A stretch of DNA of 64,000 nucleotides from the human T2T-CHM13v2.0 reference genome, Homo sapiens: the NCBI GenBank assembly GCA_009914755.4, contig CP068257.2, positions 43,488,001-43,552,000 on the forward strand, written 5' to 3'. Of this stretch, positions 26,882 to 37,935 are shown one piece after another. Both the position numbers and the translations under genes were made by a program. The notes beneath the pieces were generated by a model, which saw nothing but the letters and a program-made list of their open reading frames with translations, was not told the origin of the DNA and searched no databases. The first letter of the stretch is position 1, and each line of letters starts with the position of its first letter.

Positions 26882-29654
26882 GTAATTCATTTAGTTTTTA
26901 TTCTTCAGTGTGAAGCATTTGTCTTTAATGCAATACAGAAGTGTTTTCTGGGATAGACGGCTTTGTGAATTAATCTTGCTGATGCCAGTTACTTCCTATT
27001 TTCCCTTTTTGAGTGCCTTTTTTGTTGTTGGCATTTTATAGAATTTTAGATAGGGGCACTTAAAAAGGAAGATTCAAAAACATGTCTGTAAACATGAATA
27101 GAAATCATTTAGCTTCAGAGTCTGGAGTATGTCTTTGGAAAGATATTTATAAAACTTTAAAGTTTGTAGCTTTGAGCTACAGAAAAGGTTTTTCTCCCAG
27201 AGACAGATGCTTATATGAGATTTCCTTTGCCGCACTCTTCATTAATGACTTTTCTACATTAAAACTGTTCTTCATGCTGCAGAAAGCAAGGCTGAGCAAC
27301 CATTGTGAAAATATTTCCCCTTTAAAAGAATGGAGAGCAAATTCCTTACATTCTGCACTCCAGGTTAATACCAGTTTTTAATTCAACTTAATGTTTTAAG
27401 TCATTAAAATCTAGATTTTTTTTCTCAAAACCAGATTCAAAAGTTGTCCATGACTATACACATCACAAGCTACTGGTTTTTGGACCTAAATTGCTGCTTT
27501 AAAAGCTGTTGATGTTTTTTTTTTTCTCTTTGTATAATATGAAATAATTAATAGAAAATGCCTTAGTGAAAAGATGTGTCTAGCCCGGAGAACAGCTGAA
27601 CACAGGCGTGATCAGTGCCTCTGCCTCTGTGTCTTCTGGGCGCCCCCTTAGTGTCCCCCACCCGACAGGACTGGAGTACAGCGCTTCACCACCACAGGGC
27701 CCTTGGGACATGCTGTGGCAGGAGATGGCTGTTTCTTCAGGAAGTAAAATTAACCTCGGTTTTTTGGTGTGGCTTCCTAAGAAGAAGAACAGATGAATCT
27801 CAAAGTCAGCAATCTTGTAATAGTACCTTGTAATATAACAAAGGTGACAGCACCTAATGGAAGTCTGTGTCTGGGAGTGGGGAACCCCTGACCCTGGGCC
27901 CTCTGTGCACCGTGCTGCCAGGTGCTTGTGTCCAGGGCTGGGGATGCCACACCCTCGATGCTTTCCTGGACTGACGGGCGGTCTCAGGACAGCCAATCTG
28001 TGCGGCCCCCTCTGCCCTCACCTCAAGAGGTCACAGCATTGGCCTGTTTTTGTTTCCTCAGTTAAGCTTTGGAAATTGAGATGTCACTAAGACAGGCAAT
28101 AGGGAGTAAAACAAAGGCACAGGCAAAAACTAAAGGACATTTTTACCAAATACCCTCAATTTAGAATTACCACCACTTTTCCCATGGACACTCATCACTA
28201 ATTATTTAAGTTGGGAAAAATATTGAGAAGTACAAGAATAATTCTGTCATCATTCTTTTGGAATTTACTGTGATTCAAGCTTAAAATGTCTTTTTCATGC
28301 ATTCCATAATCTCATTCTGCAGTGGGAAAACCACTCTCAAATATGTTGCATTTTCAGACCAAGGTTATAAGAAATTGAGAGGGTTATAAGATGTAACAAT
28401 GAGGCCCACATATTAAATGGCTTGTGTTCCTTGGTCATTCCTATGTGAGTAAGTTCATTGTGAGTGTTACTAAACAGTATCATGTTATGTGTTAGTTCTC
28501 GCTGTTGGTATTTTGTAATAAGCATTATCTTTGAAACTAATAAAAATACCTTTGAAATTATCGATATTATTAAGATTGGCCATCACATTTATACCAAACT
28601 GGCAAAGTTTTATAAGATGTAAAATAGTCTTTTATACTGTATATTTCTAAGGTACTGTAAATCATGTGTATTGCATGGTTTTTTCCCTAAGACTGATACA
28701 ATGTACGCCTTTTAAAATGTAATTCTTTGATGAAAACAATGTAGTAGCAAGTTACGGGTTTTAGTTGGCTTCAGTGGCAATATAATTTCAGTGATTTTTT
28801 TCATCACTCCTGAATTATACTTGCAGTTACTCCCTTCCACAGGGCAAATAATTGACTGTTGACTGTGTGTGAGCCTCAGATGGGTTAGCTTAATCATCAG
28901 GAAAATAGGGCTAAAGAATAATGTACCATTTAAATACTGGCCAGAGTCCCCATCAAGCAGACACTGCCACCCTGGCAGATGCTGCCAGCACGAGACCTGG
29001 GAGAGGTCTGGGAGCCACAGGGCAGGATTCTGAGTAGCAGTTAGTGCCCATATATGGAGCGCTTCCTGCACCCAGCCAGTGCTCAGTGGCTGCTGCTGTA
29101 GCCTCATTCACTCACAGCACTGCTGCTAAGTTCATGACCAGTGGGAGGGGAGAGAGATGGGAACAAAGAGGCAGTCCTTCAGTCCCCACCCTCCTGCTGT
29201 CTGAATAGCATCCTGTATTTCCAGATGTATTTCTCACTGAGTGTTTTGTTTGTCCCCTATGTGATAACATCCTTATCTGTGCTTAGTCGTGTATGCACAT
29301 GTGAAGACCACTGTCCTCTGGCAGCAGTTCTGAACTGTGTTTTAGTCTGAGGCTGGGCTCCCCCATGTTTCCAGGATAGAGGTGAACAGGGTGTGGGGAC
29401 CTCTGTGGAGCTGGAGGTCCAAACGTAGAGAGGCCTGCTCCCCCTGAGTACTTCTGGAGGAGAAGCCCTGGAACTCCTGACCTTCACCCTTCACAGAGTG
29501 AGCAGAGCCAGTTGGCCAAGGGGAGGAAGCAGGCGGCTGTCGTACCAGCCTCCTTCTCTGGTGCCAGCCATGACTCTCACCTTACAAAGAGAGCAACCCT
29601 TTGTGAGATGCAGAGCATGGTAGCACCTGGAGGTATAGGACGGGATGGCATTTA

Positions 29655-31645
29655 TCCACCCATCCATATACCAGTCCATCTACTCATTGTAGTCCATCCA
29701 TCTGTCCGTCAACCTATCATCCATCTGTTCACTCATTTACCCATCTACCCACCCATCCATCATCCATCCACTCACCCATCCATCCACCCATCTACCCATG
29801 CATCCATCATCCATCTCTCCATGCATCCATCATCCATCTCTCCATCTAGTCATCCATCTATCTGCGCATCTACCCATCACCCATCTATTCATCCATCCAC
29901 CCACCCACCCACCCATCATCACCTATCATCCATCATCCATTCATCCATCCATCCACCCACCCACCCATCATCACCCATTACCCATTATCCATCATCCATC
30001 CATCCATCCACCCACCCACCCATCATCCATTCATCCAACCATTCATCCACCCACCCACCCTCATCACCCATTACCCATCATCCATCATCCACCCACCCAC
30101 CCATCATCCCCCATCATCCATCATCCAGCCATCCACCCACCCACCCACCATCACCCATTACCCATCATCCATCATCCACTCACCCACCCACCATCACCCA
30201 TCATCCACCCACCCAACCACCCACCATCACCCATCATCCATTCATCCATCCATCTGCCCACCCACCCATCATCCATTCATCCATCCATCCATCCACCCAT
30301 CATCACCTATCATCCATCATCCATTCATCCACCCATCCATCCACCTACCCATCATCACCCATCATCTGTCATCCATCCATCCATCCACCCACCCACCCAC
30401 CCATCATCACCCATCACCCATCATCTATCTATCCATCCATCCACCCATCCATCATTACCCATCATCCATCTATCCATGCACCCACCCACCATCACCCATC
30501 ATCCACCCACCCAACCACCCACCATCACCCATCATCCATCATCCATTCATCCATCCATCTGCCCACCCACCCATCATCCATTCATCCATCCATCCACCCA
30601 CCCATCATCACCTATCATCCATCATCCATTCATCCATCCATCCATCCACCTACCCATCATCACCCATCATCTGTCATCCATCCATCCATCCACCCACCCA
30701 CCCATCATCACCCATCACCCATCATCTATCCAGCCATCCATCCACCCACCCATCATCACCCATCACCCATCATCCATCCATCCATCCACCCACCCATCAT
30801 CACCCATCACCCATCATCCATCTATCCATCCACCCACCCATCATCACCCATCACCCATCATCCATCCATCCATCCATCCACCCACCCATCATCACCCATC
30901 ACCCATCATCTATCTATCCATCCATCCACCCACCCATCATTACCCATCATCCATCTATCCATGCACCCACCCACCATCACCCATCATCCACCCACCCAAC
31001 CACCCACCATCACCCATCATCCATCATCCATTCATCCATCCATCTGCCCACCCACCCATCATCCATTCATCCATCCATCCACCCACCCATCATCACCTAT
31101 CATCCATCATCCATTCATCCATCCATCCATCCACCTACCCATCATCACCCATCATCTGTCATCCATCCATCCATCCACCCACCCACCCATCATCACCCAT
31201 CACCCATCATCTATCCAGCCATCCATCCACCCACCCATCATCACCCATCACCCATCATCCATCCATCCATCCACCCACCCATCATCACCCATCACCCATC
31301 ATCCATCTATCCATCCACCCACCCATCATCACCCATCACCCATCATCCATCCATCCATCCATCCACCCACCCATCATCACCCATCATCCATCATCCATTC
31401 GTCCATCCATCCACCCACCCATCATCACCCATCATCCATCATCCATTCATCCATCCACCCACGCACCCACCCACCCACCCATCATCACCCATCACCCATC
31501 ATCCATTCATCCATCCATCCACCCATGCACCCACTCATCATCATCCATCATCTGTCTTCCATCCATCCACCCACCCACTCACCCATCACCCATCAGCCAT
31601 CATCTGTCATCCATTCATCCATCCACCCCCCCACGCACCCACTTC
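29655..31645. repeat. About 2 kb of compound (CCAT)n/(CCCA)n/(CATCAC)n-type satellite that is essentially G-free on the + strand. Shows higher-order periodicity of about 300-480 bp.
   Basis: The + strand is composed only of C, A and T for about 2 kb. Blocks such as cccacccaccatcacccatcatccacccacccaaccacccaccatcacccatcatcc recur at about 30181, 30481 and 30961. catctgcccacccacccatcatccattcatcc recurs at about 30241, 30551 and 31031. Generates artefactual 737-aa and 661-aa ORFs. Confidence 0.9.
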
Positions 31646-34046
31646 TCTACATTGTTCCGTTCATCCAACAAGTACTCATTACACCCTTCTCTGCATGCTG
31701 GCACCAGGGGTTTGAACATGCTTAGGGAAGATGGGGGTAATGGGATGGCAGTGGCAGGGGGCAGCCACAGCTTTCAGGCTTGAGGTTTGTTCTGGAATGG
31801 GCCACCTGAAATCCCACTAGGTGCATGAAGAGGATGGATTTATGTGATTTGTCACTGCTGCACTGTATGTGTAGTAGTGGGGAGGGATATTCTCCAGTAT
31901 CTGGTGAGAAAGGAAGACACCATTCTCTAGCAGTGTCTGCCAGGAGAGGGGCCCAAGTAAGGAAAGTTGAACCCCCAGTGGACAGCAGCGTTATGGATAG
32001 AAGGCCCAGATCTCCTAGAACCCGTTGTAATGGCTATGTGTGTACCTTTCACTGCATCTGTGCTGATGGGCCTCGCAGCACAAGAAAGACTCTGCTGCCT
32101 GGGCAGGAGCTCCTCTCAGCTACAGGGTGCATTTCAAGCACAGGTGCATACACTCTAGGTTAACAGTTGAAATTCTAAAGTAAGCATGTAGAAGTAGATT
32201 TGTGAAATTGCACTTGAAATACCATGGAAATTGGATCCAAAGCAGATTGAACAGTGCCAATTCTTAGTGCAGTTATAAGTGTTAATATTGAAAATAAAGT
32301 TTACATCGTTGTCTTTTTTTTCCCTTTGATTCCAGAAAATTAACTACAATTTTCAAATAAGCAGGAACTTACTTAGGTTGTGTTAAGTAGAGCAAAGTGG
32401 ACAGTCTTTCAAATGCATTGCTGCTGCGTTTGCACTGTGAAGGACGGAGCAACTTCACGAAGGCAGGGCCCTGTGAAGGTTTGTGCTCTCGTGTGCCGGC
32501 TCTGACCTGTGATTTTGTTGCTGGATGTCTCCTTCAGCAGTTCATGTGGCTTTCTAAAGCTTGCCATTGCTTAGGCATGCCTGACTGAGGCGGGAAACAA
32601 GCGTGTGGATCAGTGTGGCTCTGTATGTGTGAACATGTATGGACATATGTGCATAGGGTGGGGGTAACGAGGGAGAGGGACAAGAAGGGCCAGGGCTTGT
32701 GACCACATCAGAAGCAAGGGTGATGCTCTGTGGCACAGCTGGCCCTCGAAGTCACTCAGGGACCTAGGTTTCTTCCATCCTTAAGCTCTGTTCTCTAACA
32801 GAAGTCACCCTGGCAGTTGCTTCTAGTCCAGCAATAGAAAGGTGAGAAAGAATACAGAGAAGCACGCAGGAAGCTGTGTGAGTTGGCCCAGATGCAGTGG
32901 CACACACCACAAATTGCACAGCACCCCCACAGGAGGCGAGCCTGTGTCCTTGCCCATCACCTCTTTCCAGCTGGTGTCCAGACCTCGGGGTGATCACTGA
33001 TTGTTGTTTCGTTGGTCTGGCTGTGGCTCTTCTTGGGCCAGCAGCCTGGGAGCCACACAGGGACAGGGTAACTGCGATAAAATACAATTATGCAGGAGAG
33101 GAGGCGGAAGGGCCCAGCCTGGCCCTGTCTGGCCAGCTTCCTGCACCCTGCACAGCAGGGAGCATCCTCATTCTCCAGACCCTGATTCTTCTCGGGTTGG
33201 GGCGGGAGGGGGGAACTCCCTTGTCCATTGTTCTCTCAGCCACTGGCCTCATCCTTTGGGGGTTCTTTCTGATCATCGCCTCCAGAGTCCCATCTGAAGA
33301 GGGTATCAGTGTAGAACACAGTGAGGCAGAATGTGGAAGCAAACGGGACCATCTGGAAGTTTTGCTCTAGGCCTTATAAAACACATAATTTGTTAGGTGT
33401 AAAATATATAGTATGTTGTAGTAGTGATAATAGGATGGAATAAATGCCTTAGATTTGCAAAATTGGGTCAGAGAGTTTAGGGATCTTTGGTCCTGTACCA
33501 GTGACATCATTTTGTGGCTCTTGGGGATTTGGGGAGGGACCTCCCCGAGGCCACTGTGCAGCAGCCTCATGCCCAGGGCTCACAGGTCCCATATGTGTTT
33601 CCTCCACCAAAGCACCCTGAGCTGTCCTACCTTCCTCACATCCCCACACCCCGCGGGTGTCCCTCTGCTTAGCAGCTATTTATTCTGCCTGTATTTGGGC
33701 CAACTGCACAGGCTGTCTGAGACCTGACAGTATGCTAGAATGTACAGGGCATACAATATTTTGTGTAATATCATGGAAAAGTGTGCCGTTCTTTCGGTTG
33801 ACGGTGGTTGCAGATAAGACTGCAGAGACAGCTTGTGGTGGGTTGGAGTGTGACTCAGTCTCCCGTGGGTCTGCTCCCCTTCCAGACTGCATGTGGAATT
33901 CTGTATAGAGTAAGGCATATTCGTGTATGTGGGAGGGAGGCTTAGAATAAAATTTATTTTTTTTCTTATGGAAGCAGTACATGTTCATTGTAAGAATTAG
34001 GAAACATAGATACAAAATAAACTTTATGAAAAAGCAAAGGTGATCA

Positions 34047-34403
34047 TCTGCATTAGTCTGTTTTCACACTGCTAATAAAGACTGAATAATTTATAAAGTA
34101 AGGTTTAATTGACTCACCGTTCCACATGACTGCAGAGGCCTCTCAATCATGACGGAAGATGAAGGAGGAACAAAGGGACGTCTTATATGGCAGCCAGCAA
34201 AGAGAGAAATGAGAACCAAGCGAAAGGGGAAACTCCTTTTAAAAAGTCAGATCTCATGAGACTTCTTCACTACCACGAGAACAGTATGGGGGAAACTGCA
34301 CCTGTGATTCAATTATCTCCCACTGGGTCCCTCCCACACTCGTGGGAATTATGGGAGCTACAATTCAAGACGAGATTTGGGTGGGGACACAGCCAAACTA
34401 TAT
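34047..34403 (-). mobile_element. THE1-family MaLR solo LTR, antisense.
   Basis: Reverse complement of the THE1 consensus: ...cattagtctgttttcacactgctaataaagac...ggtccctcccacactcgtgggaattatgggagctacaattcaagacgagatttgggtggggacacagccaaactatatca. Confidence 0.85.
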
Positions 34404-37400
34404 CATCATCCTTGAAGCTAAATCTTTGAATGGGAGCAAAACCATAATAATTTTCTTCCAATTCGTAGTACTAGAATTAGATTTAGAAGTGTTTAAGGCT
34501 TTATATTTTTGTCTTACTATGACCAGGGGCTCAGTAATGCCTTACTTCTGCCTTGGAGGATGATGTGAGCATACAAGAGGGGTGGCCGCATCCCTCCAGC
34601 TTCATTCCTGGTGTCCAATGGGAGGCGAATAGGCCCCTTTGCACCTCTTAACCACCATAGTCCTCTCCCATTGCCAGCCTCTTCTGACTTTTGGGATTGT
34701 TTTACCCTCTGGACAGCAGTGTGAACAAGGTATGTCAGGCCAAGGGGGCTGCTCCCCATGGGAGGCCTGGCCGTGTTGGCTTCCAAGAGGCCAGATGGGT
34801 GCTGCTCACCATAGAAAGTGACCCTTTTCCCTGTTCCTGAGCCAACCTGTCACTTCCATGCGCTGTGTGTCACTTTGAAAACTATCTTTGCTTTCTGCAA
34901 AATGAAAGGAAACTTTCAAAAGTCAACGTATTAAAGCCTGTTTGCATTTATTCTTTTATGAATTTTGCTCACATTTTTTAATTGGGTGTTTGTCTAAAGA
35001 CAATTATCGATCATAGTAGGCTGCTGGAAGGTTGACCACAGAAACCTGGTTCTCTTTCAGGGAGGTCACCATGTCTGCCTCCAGGCCCATCGGGTAGGGG
35101 CTGCCTTCTGTCAAGGCACATGCTCCAGGTCCCTTAGATGGAAGGAAAACACATGGTCTTTATCCAGTGGACTCAGGGTGCAGGTAACTGAAGGAATTAA
35201 CCTCCATCATTTTCACAGATCCTCGTAGAGCTGGACCGAAGGAGGTGGGAGATCCCTGCCGGGAGCCGCTGCAGTGGGAGGGCTTACAGACGTTCGCATA
35301 GTCTCTTTCTGTTTGGTTGTTTTAACTCCCATTAAAAGGAGTGGCTTTCAGCCTTCTTGCTTACTGTCTTGTGATGTATGTGTGTTCACATGTTCCATGC
35401 ACATTTGTAACGCTTACCATGCTCTCTGATTCAGCTTTGTTCCCTTAGAGTTGCCCCAGCACTGCTTTGCCATGATGATTGTGGTTTTTAAAATACTTCC
35501 AGTTGCTTACTTCTGTTTAGTTATCTCAGTGCTAAATATTGTTAATTAATTAAATATAAGCAGCATGTTCTAGATTTTATGTGTCTGGAATTCTTACTAA
35601 AAATCTTCCTGGATATGACTTCCAGTCATAACGTTATGGATTTTATTGTAAACAAGGTAGAATTTTATTTGCCTTTTAATCATTTCATTATGGTGAGTGT
35701 CCTCCTTACAGAGCGTGTACTGAATTTGGGTTTTACTCCTTTTTTGTTCATTTCCACAAGTTGAACTCTGTGTTATTATCCTATTTTCTGTTAGGGTCAT
35801 TGTGTTGTTAAGTAATCGACTTACATAGAAGGTGTGCACCTAGAAGGTTAACAGAAAACAAGTTGAAACATGACTGAAAATATATTTCTGTAAGAATTAC
35901 TGTAATTCTTCTGAGAGTATAAATAGCCAGGGTTTTAAAGATCTGCTTTATAGGATTTATACTGCAAATAACTTGGCAGGATTAATTGGCCTGCATTTGC
36001 TTGCTGTAGTCAGTACCATCTAGTGTTTTAGTCAATATCAGTTTTTGTAGTGTGGATGAGGCTGGTGATGGCAGCTGCAGCCTGTCTGGAGTTGCTGCTG
36101 CCGTGGTGTCAGCTGCAGCGGGGGAGGCTAGGGCTCTGTGCTCCGCAAGTTGGTGGGAACCGGGAACAGGTGGAAGCCCCACCCCCTTCCAAGTTGGAGG
36201 GGCAGGAGCCCCGCCATCCTGGGCACAGCTGCAGCCGTCCATTAGAAGCTGTGGACCCAGGCATCCCTGCACTCACCGGGGCCCAGGAAGCCCCCCTGCC
36301 CCGACAGGCTGAGAAGTGCCTGCTCCCACTGCTTGGTCTCTCCCCACTCCCAGCACCTGCTCCAGTTTCAGATCAAAGTTGTGGCCGAGCTGGGACACTG
36401 TCACAACCTGGCTGGGTGTGTGTTTGCTCAGGGCAGTGCTGACATGCCAGCACCCTGCTGCCTCGGCACCCCCAGACTTTGGGTGCTGACAAGCATGAGA
36501 GGGAGGCCAACGCGGGGCTGAGGGAAGCACAGCGCAGGCCTTGCAGCCGCCCCTCGGCAGGAACACTCTGGATGCCATGCACACTGTGGATGGCAGGATA
36601 ATGGTGGCCGGAGGCAGACAAGCTCCTGGGAAGAAAGGGGAGGGTCCCTGGTGAAACTCCACCTTCAGCTTACAGAGGGCTTAAGGCCTGGGGCCCAGGC
36701 TGTCAGTTCCACAGACCGGAGTGAGAACTTACGGTGCTTTTCCAGGGCTCACCCGTGACTGCCCATGCACCAATCAGCACACACTTTCCTCTGAAGCCCA
36801 TAAAAACCCCCGGACTCAGCCAGACTTGGGCAGAAGACAGGACGACCTGCTTATGGAGAATAGCTGCCCACTGTGGGTCTCTCTGAGCTGTTCTGTCACT
36901 CAATGAAGCACCTCTTCACATTGCTCACCTTCCACTTGTCCACGCACCTCATTCTTCCTGGACATGGGAGAAGAACTCAGGACCTGCTGAATGGCAGGTC
37001 TGAAAGAGCTGTAACACAAACAGGGCTGAAACACACCCATTGTTTGCCACATTGCAGGCAATGAGGAGAGGAGGAGAGAAGGAGAGAAGAGCTGCAGCCC
37101 TTCAAGGAGCCCAGACCTAGGAGCTCCCTGAGCCAGGGCAGTGATGCCCCCTTTGGGGCCCTGCGGTTCCTGGTGTTTCCAAGCTTCTGGGCACTACCGT
37201 ATTCCCTGGTTTCAGCCATGGAAGCTGTGTGTGGTATGCCTGGTTCAGCTGCAGCCTTGCAGGGAGCCAGTGTCCATGCCAGTGCCTAGGTCTGCCCGTC
37301 TCACCTGCCTGGCTGTACACAATGGCTGGACCCCACGCCCACTCACTCACACACCCCTTGCCACTCCACACCTGGCTCCCCCTTGGCAGGCATGGGATCC

Positions 37401-37756
37401 AGGCTGGAAGTGTGAGCCGAGCGCAGCCTGCCAGGCTGTGTGGGCAGAATGAGCCCAGCAGGCCCAAGCAAAACTCGGGTAAAGGCGCCACCAGTGATGG
37501 AGGTTTCTGGCCAGAAAAATGATACCCTGAGGATCCTATGACACTGGGTTCTGATTTACCAAAAAGAGCCACACCTGACTAGGGACATGGGGAAGCAGGG
37601 GCATGCAGGTCTGTCCATGAAAGCCCCACTCCTTGCTTTAGGGACAGTAGCTGATGCCCATGAGCGCTCCTTCATGCAGGTGCTGTGCTAGCACTGAATC
37701 ACCAGGGCTTGCTCCGCCTATAGAACCACAACCAAGAAGATGGGAGAGACTCTCAG

Positions 37757-37935
37757 CTCACAGCACCAGACACTTCAGACCCAGGTTGGAGAGCTCAAAG
37801 GCCTGAAACAGGCTCCAAGAAGATGTGAGTCTGAATTCACAGCACCAGACACTTCAGACCCAGATGTGAATCTTAACTCACAGCACCAGACACTTCAGAC
37901 CCAGGTCGGAGAGCTCGAGGGCCTGAAACAGGCTC
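37757..37935. repeat. Degenerate 40/80-bp tandem repeat of tcacagcaccagacacttcagacccaggt(t/c)ggagagctc(a/g)a(a/g)ggcctgaaacaggctc. Two full copies and one partial.
   Basis: Copies at 37757-37815 and 37877-37935, with a partial copy at 37837-37866. Confidence 0.7.

Noticed and set aside
29512-31783. 737-aa and 661-aa ORFs ([11 protein letters not shown]...).
   Set aside because: Translation of the G-free CCAT/CCCA satellite. A stop-free frame is guaranteed when a strand lacks G (no TGA/TAG) and is poor in TAA.
36050-36660. GC-rich stretch that might be a CpG island or internal promoter.
   Set aside because: CpG count is low relative to G+C (roughly 8 CpG in 300 bp). No TATA/Inr or exon-like signal. 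Treated as ordinary GC-rich intron.
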